64,000 nucleotides of DNA from NCBI RefSeq assembly GCF_000787575.1, contig NW_012236531.1:281054-345053 (forward strand), given 5' to 3'. This DNA is from Acytostelium subglobosum (lineage: Eukaryota). Below the pieces are notes generated by a model. That model saw nothing but the letters and a program-made list of their open reading frames with translations, searched no databases and had not been told where the DNA came from. This document shows positions 50,136 to 62,221 of the stretch, one piece after another; position 1 is the stretch's first letter; every line of letters starts with the position of its first letter. The position numbers and the translations under genes were made by a program.

Positions 50136-51574
50136 TGTATCAATCTTTCGCCGCGTGTGGCCGCATTAATTTTAATGCGGCCAGTGTGTTGCCGCCCAAG
50201 AATCTCAACGGTGAAGGGGTGGTACTTACTGCAAGCAAAGTATCCACCTGCAAAGGCTGGGGGCATGCCTATCAGTACAATGATGGCTGTAACCTGTGAT
50301 GAAGTATTATTAACAGCCAATGTGATTATACTCCATAAACTGACCCATAATATAGTGACAAAGAAGCCAGTGTTCTGTTTGTGTGATGGATAGTTGAGTC
50401 AGAGAGTCATCCCAATGATGTACTGACGCAATATATATACATACCAATTGATTAATCTTCTGATTGGAGTATGGCAACACTATGATTGATGCCAGGGAAC
50501 TTGCAAGAATGAGTATAAAGTATATAATAACCATCAACCAAGCGTATTCCTCGAGTAATGTAAAGAAGAACACAAAGATGGTCTTGACAAGAAGCATGGC
50601 CAAGTCGAACTAGAAGTGAGATTGATTGAGTGAGTTAATGTTAGGGATAGTTCCAGGGCATGATGATATACGGGACGACTTACCCTTGAGTGCATCTTGG
50701 CACAGCTGTTCTTCTTGCTCGAGTTGCTCTCAAAGGTGGTACATGTGCTAAAGACGGCGACGATGAAGAAAAGGATGATGTAGATGATGGCAAAGATTGA
50801 GACTGCTATGTTGTCGCGTACAAAGCAAACATAGTTGTCGGGATCGTCGTAGATATCTTTGGATTCTTCGTCGTTGCCGGCGGTGGGTGCACTACCCTCA
50901 CAGTCAATAGCCTGTATGAACAACGTCATTACGGGTATATAGAACAATGGTACGATGAATGCCACGAACCAACGCAAGGTACGCAACAGCCACACGTTGG
51001 CAATCCTGCCCTTGTAGAACTGGTAGGCCACGTAACCAATGTTTAGGCAGCCCAATGTAGTCAGGGCGATCACCACCCAAAAAGTGATGACATAGCCATC
51101 ATAAGGCAGTTTCATGGAAGGATTGGAGAAGGCTGGAATCACATATATAAGGTAGCTGTTCATTGTGATTGTGATAGGATGGTTGTGTGTTAGTGTCAGT
51201 ACTGCTGGATCATGATGATGGATTGATTGATTGGTACTCACTATCCAAGGTTACCTCCCCATGGTACGTAATGCTTGAATCCAAAAGATACAATCTCTGG
51301 AAGATGGAAGTGGTTGAAGTGATGGTCAGACTTGTGACTTCGTTTTTTTTTAATCCGATCAGCTGATTGCAGGGATATCAGCTGATAACAGATATATCAG
51401 CTGATCGCCTGTCAGCTGACTGTTTACCATATACTTACGAAGGAAGTTGAACACTATGGAGAGGATTGTGAACCACATAAAGTAAGAGGAGTTACCCTTT
51501 GTCATTGAGTAAAGTACACCAAATGTACCTAATAATATATGTCGTTTGGGAATGGTGAAGGTTTGGTAAGTCAT
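50132..51574 (-). CDS. multi-pass membrane protein of unknown family, at least 4 exons (ORF fragments 51359..51574, 50534..51241, 50310..50603, 50132..50320)
   Basis: Hydrophobic-helix-rich ORF segments are separated by short AT-rich gaps with GT...AG boundaries, for example MNSYLIYVIPAFSNPSMKLPYDGYVITFWVVIALTTLGCLNIGYVAYQFYKGRIANVWLLRTLRWFVAFIVPLFYIPVMTLF. Exon limits are not resolved. Confidence 0.45.
51355..51425 (+). repeat. tandem cluster of 5 CAGCTGA (E-box-like) motifs, likely within an intron or 5' region of the membrane-protein gene
   Basis: gatcagctgattgcagggatatcagctgataacagatatatcagctgatcgcctgtcagctgactg. Confidence 0.5.
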
Positions 51575-53080
51575 TCAGCCAGATTGAGGGGTTGGATCAT
51601 CCAATGTCCTATCCACCTATCCTAACCTAACTTACCCTTCTCGACTGACTTTGTAAAGTCAAACAGGGCACCTAGTGAGCCAGACGAGTGGGAGGACCCA
51701 CTGTGAGACCTCTTTCCATTCTTGCTCGACATGTTTGTAATGTTACAAAGACAATAACTACTTGTCTATGTGTATGTATATATAAGTATATATAGATGTA
51801 TAAGTATATTTATAAGTATGTATATATGTATGTTACAAACTAGAAAGATAAAGATAGAACTAGAACTTGATCAATCATTCGTTTCAGATCAAGTGAGCTC
51901 ACGGCCTAGCTGACAGTTGGATGGATAGGGTTAGATAGATGCGGATGGGAGACGGAACGAGGAAGAGAGGAGAGAGGACCTACTTAAAAGCAAGCAAACA
52001 AGCAAACCCATTGTCCTTGGTTGATGGTCGGTCAATCACACCCGGTGTTGTTGCCTCCTGTTAACAAGCAAGCCGTCGTTACAACAGGTACAGAATGGGG
52101 ACGAAGGTAGGTTAGTTGCGACACTCAACATAACCAAATCATTTATTGGATGAGCGGATGTTGTTAGTTCCATCGATGACCTGTCAGGCCCATACATCAA
52201 AAACACATGACCCATCGATATAGTGCCCAATCGGATTGCAAAACTATCCAGATCACCGTTCGCCTCGAGCAGCCCCATACTCATGGTCCTGTTTATCTTG
52301 TCAGCGCAAAATCACTGCGAGGTATAAGGGGAGGTTGTTGACCCGTCCATTATCATCAAGCAGTATTTGATTTGGATACTTTTGATTTGATTGACGATTG
52401 GCATGTACAAATCACTTTTGTGCCCTATGAAGGCTGTAAGGTCCCCACCCATCACATGATCAACAGGTTGTTTTTTTTCGCTTTTTGTTAAAGACGATAT
52501 TTAAATATTCGCAGGCCCACTGCAAGTCCTAATCATGACTCTAGAGTCATGCCCCATTGAACTCCTTGTGATATCGCCTAAAGATGGAACAAGGTTACGA
52601 TTTGCAAATCATTAATAGTTTGGAGATTATAAGCCAGATCATGATGTAATAATAATTCGTCGAATAACGTGTGGTACATGTCTTGTCTAGGTTCTGATCG
52701 ATACCCTTGATCGCAAAGGGGTTCTCACAAACACACCAACTTGTGTTGATGCATAATCTCGATCGTGGGGACTGCGCCGATCGGAATTGTCGTCCACCAC
52801 ACATCCAGCAAGTCTAAGATGATCTGGCAAGACATTCGGGGACTTTGTTGGGGCTTGCCTCCGCCCATGGCCCGAACTTTTATGGACTGAATACCAACAA
52901 GTGTTCCTCCATGTACTTGAACAGATAAATCTTGGACTGAACATAATGTTTAATATTGATGATCGCAACATTGAGTGCGTAAGTTACGTGCGCGTGCGTT
53001 TAATTGTATTGTATTGTATTGTGTTGTGTTGTATTGATGTGCAAAGTTGTGGATGATGTCCATGGTTCATGGTCCGGTAA

Positions 53081-54243
53081 CTACATTAGGTATGTTGGAA
53101 TATTGTTTCGTTCAGTCTTCCTGTTGACCCTATCAAGTACGGCCTTCTTTGTGAATAGTTCATCGTTGATGAGCTCAGTTCGGATGAATGCGCCAAGTGT
53201 ATGATTCAACAAGATGTATGAATAACCATTGCCAAACTCTCTGATCTGCACCTTGCATGCGCTGTTGATGTCCAGTGTCATGTTGCACACCGTGTTCTTG
53301 CTAATTTGGTTGCGCAGGGGTTGGTAGAAAGATGAGTACGGCTTGGAGTAGACATGTGTGATCTTGGCCACGAGGTACTCAACACTGTCTGGGATCTCAC
53401 CATAACCTTGATGAGCGGCGTATCGGTGATTGATTGACAGATGCTTGAGAGTTGGAGGCAACGAGTCCTTGGTCAATGGATGGATGTAACAGCATCCGAT
53501 GGACAAGCGAGTGAGTGTTGGCGGCAGGATATCTTGCCCCAGCTTGTGATTGAACATGTCACCAAAGTCCAATGTGGTAAGAGTCTTTGGGAGAGAGTTG
53601 GGCAAGATTGGTTGTGAGTAGTTGTCACCGAATGAAAGTGTTTCCAGTCCTGCAGGGAGGACATTTGGCTTGATGGAGGTGTCGAAAGACTTTCCAAACA
53701 CCAGCTTCTTGAGGCTCTTTGGCAGGATATCGGGTCCTATCTCCCTCTTGTAATTGTTTCCGAACCTTATCTCGGTGATAAAGTCCGGGATATCACCCTT
53801 GGCAAAGACACCATTGAAGTTCTTTCCAAAGTTGACAACAGTAATATTCTTTGGACACTCCTTGAGCTCATCAATCGACTCCACATAACACAGATGTGAG
53901 TTGGCCGACGGTGATGAGTCGACCAACATATCAAAGTCCAATCCAAATGTTATATCATCATCTGGAATTATTCAGGTAATCAATAATATTAATAAATAAA
54001 TTCCAATTATATTCTTTTTAAATAATGTTTACAATACATACCATAACACTTGTTAACCAGTTGGAATACCCTTGAACCATTGAATATTAATGATTCATCA
54101 TCACTGTTGTACTCCTTGAATCTGAGGATATAGCTTCGACAGTGGAACCAATATTTACATGTGAGTACCAAAGATACTCGATCAATGTTATCCTCCAACA
54201 TTGTTTGGATCTTCCACAATACAAGCAATGGTAGATTCTCCAT
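53081..54243 (-). CDS. FNIP-repeat protein with an F-box-like N-terminus, 2 exons, about 360 aa
   Basis: Exon 1 at ~54042..54243 (MENLPLLVLWKIQTMLEDNIDRVSLVLTCKYWF..., then GTATGT donor). Exon 2 runs from ~53961 down to 53081, with at least 6 FNIP repeats (FGxNFNxxIxxxxLPxSLKKLxFGKSFD...). Confidence 0.8.
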
Positions 54244-55095
54244 TTCTTATATTATATATATTCTTGTTATTAAATTATTATTATTATTTATAAGTTATAT
54301 TATTATTATATTCCTATTATATTTATCAATTCTATTTCTGTCCCGATTATTATATGCATTTAAAGTATCGTTTTTTTTTGATTGATTGTATGTTTGTTAT
54401 ATTTGAATATTGTTGCAACAACAGTGTTGTTATTATATATATAACTAATTATGTATTAATTACTTATACCAATTCAATCATGAACATTCGAGTCAATCAA
54501 TACTATTCATCCAGAAAGCACCACCTCAGAGATTGTCCCCTTCATGTTTTGTTCCATTCTGATGTTCTGTTAGTTTTCTTGGGTTGTGGTGTGAATGATT
54601 GAGTGAGGGATGTGAAGTGACACATTGTTTGTTTGCACGTCATGGCAATAGATAGAGACTTATAGATAGAGGATACTGAGAAATAGAAGAGAGAGGTCTT
54701 GAGCTAGAGTGACAGGTGGAGACCAACCATTAAGTCCGACGAAGAACTTGAAGGACTGACAGACTTACACCGCAACAAGATTGGTGTCAGTTTAAGTACA
54801 CTTATGACATTATGTCATTGACTTCAATCAACTAGTTATATAGCTATATAGTTACATGATTGATAATAATAATAATAATATTATTCAATGACTTGTATTC
54901 AAAGTTGATGGATTGATAATCTTGATGTCGATCTTTGTTTGATCGCGAATTGATAAACCGTTCGGACTGAACATGCCTCCTCGAGGTTGGTTGTTTCATT
55001 GAATTCAACTCTAAATGATTAATCATCTGCACAGAGATATATAACATCAAAGAACTGAACTTACTTACTTATTCAAACATACTTATATACATATA

Positions 55096-56196
55096 ATGAA
55101 TCAAGATAGTACAGTTATAATAGATAATGGATCTGGATATATAAAGGCTGGATTCTCAGGGAACAATGCACCTCAATCAGTGTTCCCATCAGTGTTGTCA
55201 AAGGTGGCTGGTGTAGGAGGTACCAACTACTACTTTGGTGAGGACGCTGTTAACATGGCCGGAATGATGCCATTGACATACCCAATTCAACGTGGAGTGG
55301 TCAATAACAACAACTGGGACGATATGACCAAGATATGGGAGCACACATTCTCCACCGTCCTCAATGTCCAACCAAGTGATCGTAGAGTACTCCTGACAGA
55401 GGCGCCTCGCAACCCAAAGATGAACCGCGAGAGGATGGCCAAGATCATGTTTGAGACATTCCAAACACAAGCCCTGTGCATTGCTCCCACTGACTACCTG
55501 TCATTGACAGCATCTGGTCGTGACACAGCAATCATAATCGATTCAGGCTATGGAGTCACCAACATTGTGCCATATATTGATGGAGTGGCACTCAAGAACA
55601 CCACTCATCATGCCATGGGTGGACGTGATGTTGACAACTACATGATCGAGCTCATGTCTGATTTTGGAACATCACTACCATCAGCCAACAAGAATGTGAT
55701 TGCCAGCGCGATCAAGGACAAGCTCGCATACGCCACACAAGACTGTGAAGCAGACATGAAGAATCAGTCAAAGGAGGCGTACACACTACCAGATGGAATG
55801 GAGATAATGGTTGGTCCCGAGCGTTTCCTGTGTACCGAGGGATTGTTTGATCCATCACTCTTTAGCATGGTCCTCGCTGGCACGACTGGTATCACTCAAG
55901 GACTGCTCAGCTGCATCAACAAGGCCGATATAGATGTCCGTGGCAGCCTGTGTGACAATGTCATTATCTCTGGTGGCATGAACAGACTGCGAGGTATGAC
56001 ACATCGCATTGAAAAGGAGGTCAGCAAGGTAGCTCCACGTATGAAGTTGCACATTGAGATTAATCGCAAGGAAGCTGCATGGGTGGGAGGCTCAATCCTT
56101 GCTTCCAAAGCATCATTCCAAGAGAGCAAGTTCGTCACCAAGTCTCAATACGAAGAACATGGTCCATCCATTATCCATGAGATTTGTAGATTCTAG
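55096..56196 (+). CDS. actin-related protein (divergent Arp; subfamily not assigned), 366 aa, single exon
   Basis: Actin-fold signatures VIIDNGSGYIKAGFSG, VLLTEAPRNPKMNRERMAKIMFETF, IIDSGYGVT, and a C-terminal WVGGSILAS...SKSQYEEHG. Confidence 0.8.
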   Translation: MNQDSTVIIDNGSGYIKAGFSGNNAPQSVFPSVLSKVAGVGGTNYYFGEDAVNMAGMMPLTYPIQRGVVNNNNWDDMTKIWEHTFSTVLNVQPSDRRVLLTEAPRNPKMNRERMAKIMFETFQTQALCIAPTDYLSLTASGRDTAIIIDSGYGVTNIVPYIDGVALKNTTHHAMGGRDVDNYMIELMSDFGTSLPSANKNVIASAIKDKLAYATQDCEADMKNQSKEAYTLPDGMEIMVGPERFLCTEGLFDPSLFSMVLAGTTGITQGLLSCINKADIDVRGSLCDNVIISGGMNRLRGMTHRIEKEVSKVAPRMKLHIEINRKEAAWVGGSILASKASFQESKFVTKSQYEEHGPSIIHEICRF

Positions 56197-56327
56197 AATG
56201 CTGCGAGGATATTGAGTGGCTGGCGACTGTTGCGTGGATGTCGGGACGACACTTTTTACACGACACATTCATTCGTCGTCTTTGATCTCAAGACGAATGT
56301 TATAATTAATATATATAATATATAGAC

Positions 56328-57980
56328 ATGCTTAATAGATGTAAGAATATATTGAACAAGTTATATAATGTCTCTTATAATCATGTCTTGGATACAGCTA
56401 GCAAGTTAACATCTTATGTGAATGGCAACAACAGCAACAACGACAACAACACAGTCAACAACAAAAGGGTAGCCAAAAGAGATAGATCAAAAGTATCCAA
56501 TGTATATGTTGGAACTGTTACAGACTATGATGATCAACTCAATGGAGTTGTAAAGCCAGAAGATGCAGTTGGTGCATTGACACTTACCAAACCAGTGATG
56601 GTACGCAATGCTGTTTTGGGCGAGAAGGTTGAGCTAAAGGTGTTTAGATGGGGCGGCCCAACGAGTGAAGGCCGTGCCTATCAGATACTTGAACGCTCGC
56701 CACATCGCACTGAGCCAGTGTGCCAGCACTTTGGTCTGTGCAAGGGATGCACTCTCATGCATATGTCGCCGCAGCATCAGCTGCAGCACAAGCGATTGCA
56801 GCTGTGTCGTGTGTTTAGCGAAGCTGGCATCTCAACGCCGATCGACGAGGATGTTATACAGGTTGAGAATGGCGACGTAGGATACAGGCGCAGGACCAGA
56901 TTGGCAGTACGTTGGAATCGCAAGTCGGACAATGTCGATGTTGGCTTCGTGTCTGAGCTCAAGCCGAGCTTTCAAGTGGAGCGATGTCATGTGCTGGAGC
57001 CCAGCATTCAGACACTGCCACTCAAGCTGTCTGTGCTCTTCCAGTCATTCTCCAAGAACGCCAAGACCAACATACCATCTGTTGAGGCCACTGTTGCGGA
57101 CAATGCCACAGCCATTATCGTTAGGAATCTTGTTGAACTACTTCCAGAGGAAATTAACGGGATCAAACAGTTGGCCAAGGCTGAAGGACTCGTGGCATAT
57201 CTACAGGTATGTATGGTATGATTTGCCATGGCCTTGGACATCTTGGTACTAATCAAACAACATTGATTGCCTCAGCCCGAAGGTTACCCATCGATCAAAC
57301 AGATATATCCAGAACAGCCGATTGACTTGGTGTTCAGGCCTGTTGACAACCTTGATGTCAAGATAAAGCCATATGACTTCCTTCAGATCAACTCCAAAGT
57401 GAACAGACTGATGGTACAACAGGCAATTCAATATCTGGACTTGAATGATAAAGATATAGTATTCGACTTGTTTGGTGGCAAGGGTAACTTCTCGTATCCG
57501 ATCGGTCTACATGCCTCGCATATATACTCTATGGATATTTCAAGATTACCTTCTACCACAACACAACTCAACAACAATGTCACTGGTATCAATCTAAACC
57601 TTTACACAGACAGCATTGCACATCTATACAGCGAGAAACAGTGCAACAAGGTCTTGATGGACCCAACTAGAGCTGGGTATGTTATGTTATATTATGTTAT
57701 GTTGTGTGATTGAAAGAATGATCGAACTTACCTTACCTTAACTTACCATGATATATATAGTGCTGAGAAGGTATGCCAAGAGATACCAAGTGATTTGGAT
57801 ACAATTGTCTATGTATCGTGCAACCCTGGAGATAGCTTAGTTCGAGACTTGAAGATATTGGAGAGCAAAGGTTATATGATACAGTCAATCAAACTTATTG
57901 AAATGTTCCCAAATACATCAAAGATGGAGGCTATTGTGTTGTTGACAGGTACTGCATCACACAATATTGCCGTAGTCTGA
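56328..57980 (+). CDS. TRM2/RumA-family SAM-dependent RNA (uracil-5)-methyltransferase with an N-terminal TRAM-like domain, at least 3 exons
   Basis: Exon 1 is ORF 56328..~57210 (...GLVAYLQ, then GTATGT donor). Exon 2 spans ~57275..57680 (PEGYPSIKQIYPEQPIDLVFRP...DLFGGKGNFSYPIG...NKVLMDPTRAG, then GTATGT donor). Exon 3 spans ~57763..57980 (AEKVCQEIPSDLDTIVYVSCNPGDSLVRDLKILESKGYMIQSIKLIEMFPNTSKMEAIVLL). The motifs YVSCNP and MFP.T.H.E match m5U methyltransferases. Confidence 0.7.
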
Positions 57981-58204
57981 TTATGGCCGCCAGTCAATCA
58001 ATTCGTTTCCATCCAGTGGGTCCACATCCTTTTTTGCAAGTGATTGAATGAGTCCCCACAAACTTGGTCCTGTTTGCAAACATGGACCTTCCTATGTGAT
58101 CTCGCAAGGCTTTCCATCCCTCATCATTCATTCATTCATTCCTTAAGCCTAACTATCGATACATATACAGAGATATATACCAACAAGCAAACAAACAATC
58201 GATC

Positions 58205-59125
58205 ATGGATCATGAGATAATGGATCTGCAACGCCAGGTCGACGAGTTGACTATTGAGTTGGAGTATGAGAGAGAGGCAAAGAGGAAGTTAATGCGACAG
58301 ATGGTCCAGCAGACATTGAGCTACAATAAGATTAATGATGAGAATAATCGTCTATTAATGGAGTTGGATGAAGTTCATAGAATGGTACACGAGACAAAGG
58401 AACAAATGCGACAACATTCTAGCACGAATCGGCCTTCTAGTGACCCTGGACAGATGTCACAACGAGAGAAGTTCCTTGTGAGCCAGATCAAGAATCAAGA
58501 GGAGCAGCACAAGAGGATGTGTGAGCAGCTGGCCGAGTCAAGGGAGCAAGTGACACAGTATGCCGAGAGGTTGGAGCGGGCCGAAGCTGAGAGCAAGGAG
58601 CAATCGTCCAAATATCAAGCCATCATAGAGAACCTCAAGTACAAGAATAGAGTTGCCAGAGACAACAATAACAACATCATCAGCATGCTTTCCGAGTCAT
58701 CCAAGTGCTTTGATACACTCACCATCTCTGACGACCATCCTCTCCAGACCCCTGCACGACTACCATCTTCAACTCCAGCTCCAACTCCAGAACCAACTCC
58801 AAAGAAGCTTTATGAAACAGCTAATGAAATACTATCAAAGTATAGAAATGCACCATATAAGACAGGATCCACCTCCTCTGGTAGCACATGTTCATCATTA
58901 TCACTCTCTCCATCATCATCATCTGCATCATCATCGTCATCCAGTACTAGTGGTGGTGGTGGCGGTGCCAGTGGCAATTGCAATGGCAATGGCAGGTCAT
59001 CATACAGCTCTACTGGCCGCACTCCAAAATACCCATCATCCAATGGCATTGACATCAGGAATATTAATGATAGCATTAGGGGAAACAGTAGTTCCAGCAC
59101 TAACAGTGACACTTCCTCCAAATAA
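58205..59125 (+). CDS. coiled-coil protein with a Ser/Gly-rich C-terminus, unknown function
   Basis: 306-aa ORF. The N-terminal 150 aa are heptad-rich (DELTIELEYEREAKRKLMRQ...) and the C-terminus is S/T/G/N low complexity. Confidence 0.5.
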   Translation: MDHEIMDLQRQVDELTIELEYEREAKRKLMRQMVQQTLSYNKINDENNRLLMELDEVHRMVHETKEQMRQHSSTNRPSSDPGQMSQREKFLVSQIKNQEEQHKRMCEQLAESREQVTQYAERLERAEAESKEQSSKYQAIIENLKYKNRVARDNNNNIISMLSESSKCFDTLTISDDHPLQTPARLPSSTPAPTPEPTPKKLYETANEILSKYRNAPYKTGSTSSGSTCSSLSLSPSSSSASSSSSSTSGGGGGASGNCNGNGRSSYSSTGRTPKYPSSNGIDIRNINDSIRGNSSSSTNSDTSSK

Positions 59126-59300
59126 TAAAACATCTGTACTCTATCTACTTGCGAGTGATTGGTTGATCACGACTTTGGGGGTTTTCCAAAGACGCGTCTA
59201 CTTGGAAACCATGAACTTGAATACAAGTTCTCATTCACTCATTGACTTGATTGACTGACTTGTGTAACTTTGCACCCTTTGTGTATATGTATGCTCAACG

Positions 59301-61469
59301 ATGTCTACGACATCGGCTTCACCTATATTCTATGTCACGCACAGGAGTTGCTTGATCAAGATATCAACAAAGAAGTCAAAGTCTACTGCTGCTGCCCTCC
59401 CTCAACTACAAGATAGCAAGGCAATCAAGACAACATCGGCAGCATCACCAACAACATCAAAAACAGCAGCTGCAATCACAGGGGCAACAACAACAACTAC
59501 GAAGCAGTTGGTGGATGTAGAGGCATCGATCATACATATCAAACAGCCTCAGAGACCATTGGACGACATTCATCTAGCAAAAGAGAAGGAACTACGTGGC
59601 TTCAATCGACAGGGTCAATGGGACTACGTGTCGTATGAGCGTGGCGCCAACATTGATGTGATGGCCAGCGAGTCGCTACCAATCACCTCACTCATCACAT
59701 GCGGTGTAGTGTTGTGTAATGTAGACTGCCAGCAACACATTGTGTTGGTGTTGCAACTATCATCTGGCTTGGTTCAACTTGGTTATCTCGATGACAATTC
59801 ATCTTTGGAGTGTTCATACTTTGTTGCATTGTGCGAACCATTCACATACAACAAGAAGAAGCATTGTCGACTCCTTGATGGACCCATGCTAGTCTGCCAT
59901 GACAACGACTCCAACAAGATCACAGTCCACTCACCAAGTACAAGAGATGACAACATTTCGACGACACATCATACTCTCCCCTTTGAAGAGAAGGACATCA
60001 CAATTCATTCATGTTTCATTGACGTTGGCAATACAGGCAGCGTAGTAGGCTTAAACATGATTGTTCAACAAAGGTCACCTCAGTCCAAGTTGATCACAAT
60101 AGATATCAACACAATGGAGAGCAAGAGTATCAAGGCTGACAGCAAACAACTGGACTCACTACAAGTTGTCAACAGCTATGCAAACGACATTGACAACAGA
60201 GTGTTCTTGTTGGCATCGAACAACTCAGTCTCATTGAACAGATACAAGAAGGTCATATGTACCATCGCGCTGCCTCATCCTCCAACACAAGTGTATGTTT
60301 GTCCGATTAACTCACTCAATCACTCAATCACTTCTAACTAACCTACGATCTCCAGATACATGGTGAACATACCTTATGAGTTCAAGTTGGACAAGATTGA
60401 TAAGAGGGACCCTTGGGATCAGGGCGCCATCATAGTTCACTTTGGCGCACAAGACCTCGCTCATATATATTCATTGTCTACAAAGAATCGATTAAATGAA
60501 GTGGCAATGATCAAGGATATATGGATACATGACTTTTACTCTGATGGCAGTGATCAGATTCTGATCAGACACTCACAGACCAAAGCGATCACACTCACAT
60601 TGATCCCAATGCACATGGGCAGTAGTGGTGGCAACAACAATCAAGATGGAGCATCCGAGCATCAGAATGGCAAGCTATCAAGCAAGTTCAGCTTGGACAT
60701 GGTCGTCGAGTCATTGGAGATGCGATGTACGCAGGCCACTTCAGAGCTGGCCTATCTCAACTCTACGCTACGCTCAAAGGAGCTACTACTGGAGCACTCG
60801 CTCAAGGTGCTCAACTCACTTGGTCGACCAAATTCAAACTACAACACTCCTGGCACGCCACTGCGCGACGGCAGGGTATGGGCGGACATCGACCTTGTAT
60901 CACTCTTCACCAATGAGAGTGTGGAGGGGCATGCTGGACCAAAGCAAGCGCCCGTACAATCATACCCCAAGCTTAGCGCATCCGATCGATGGATGAAGGA
61001 TCACACTCTGTACTGTCTATTCAACTTTACCAACCCTGGTGTGGAGGACATTCTGATCACATCAATATTTTTGTGCAGTGACTCGATGACATTTGAGTGC
61101 AAGTCGTCATGTTCCAATGTGACACAACTTCAACGACTACGCGGCAACATAACATCGGGATCATTGGACGAGCGTACAATCTATCTTGAATGTACATTAC
61201 CAATTGTATTTGATGTCAAACAAACAATCACAGCGATTGTTGAATGGCGCAAACTACAAACTACCAACAACAACGAGTCCAAAGTATCATATGTGGACTC
61301 ATTCACACTTACCAAAGAGTCTTTGGAAGCATTCAAGCCACATCCAATCAACTTGGACATTGTTAATACTTGTAAGTTGGACTACCTACTCCATTCAGTC
61401 TGGATCATGATTATAGCTAATATTCCTCGCTTAATCAAACAGTCCCAATCGAATTCCTATTTAATATAA
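59301..61469 (+). CDS. unknown conserved protein, at least 2 exons (about 700 aa); small downstream ORFs 61647..61841 and 61923..62180 may be further exons
   Basis: ORF 59301..~60295 ends ...HPPTQ, with a GTATGT donor. The intron ends at 60355 with acceptor tctccag. ORF 60356..61469 continues in frame (V YMVNIPYEFKLDKIDKRDPWDQG...). The 85-aa ORF 61923..62180 is preceded by an acceptor-like site. Confidence 0.5.
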
Positions 61470-62221
61470 ATCAGCCAACCCGACAACAATCGACCAATAT
61501 CGATCTGCTCCAAGAGCACCTACAAACGGCCATCACCTCCTTGTTTCCAACCCTTGGCGCAGACAGTTGCATTATTGATAACAATGGAGTATTTATCGAG
61601 ATCAATCGATGGCATGTGACTCATAACTAACAAAACATACTCATAGTTGGAACTGACGTTCAATGAAGGATCGAGTCAAATGGGTCCAATCCGTATCAAC
61701 TTGGAGAAGAATAGTCGAAACACCTTCCTCAACTTATCTATGCATTCCTTCAAAGTGTCCAGCGTATTCTCATTCATCTCCCAACTCATAACCAAGTTAT
61801 CCGGTTGTAACGACAATAGTAATCTCAGTGATGGTATGTAATTAGTTAGATGGAACTGGAACCTGGAACCTTGAACCTGGAACTAATCCCAATCATTCCA
61901 ACCAGTTCATATAACTTTATCATTGAATAATGGATGGTATCAATCATTGTCAAAGGAGTTGTGTCAGAGTTTGAATCAGGAGATGAAGCTGATAGAGGAC
62001 AAGGCAGCAATCTTTGACAACAAACTCTCATTGAACAAGAGGGACCAACGCGAGCAATACAAACAATACTACGAACTGTACCAGAGCCTCTCAGTGCTGA
62101 TGGCCGACACCGAAGGCCTACTCTATAACATGACAATGATGGACAAGTACTACAATTGCGCGAGCCAAGGCTCAAAGTAATGTCGGACAGCCAGCCAGAG
62201 TATCAGTTTACTGTATGGGTA

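Noticed and set aside
51900-53080. Approximately 1.2-kb gap with short ORFs (52036..52284, 52595..52971)
   Set aside because: No homology, hydrophobicity pattern or splice structure. It is treated as intergenic or UTR sequence.
61647-62180. Two small plus-strand ORFs (64 and 85 aa) converging on the G-alpha 3' end
   Set aside because: They may be terminal exons of the 59301..61469 gene, but I could not establish splice joins, so they are not reported as an independent gene.
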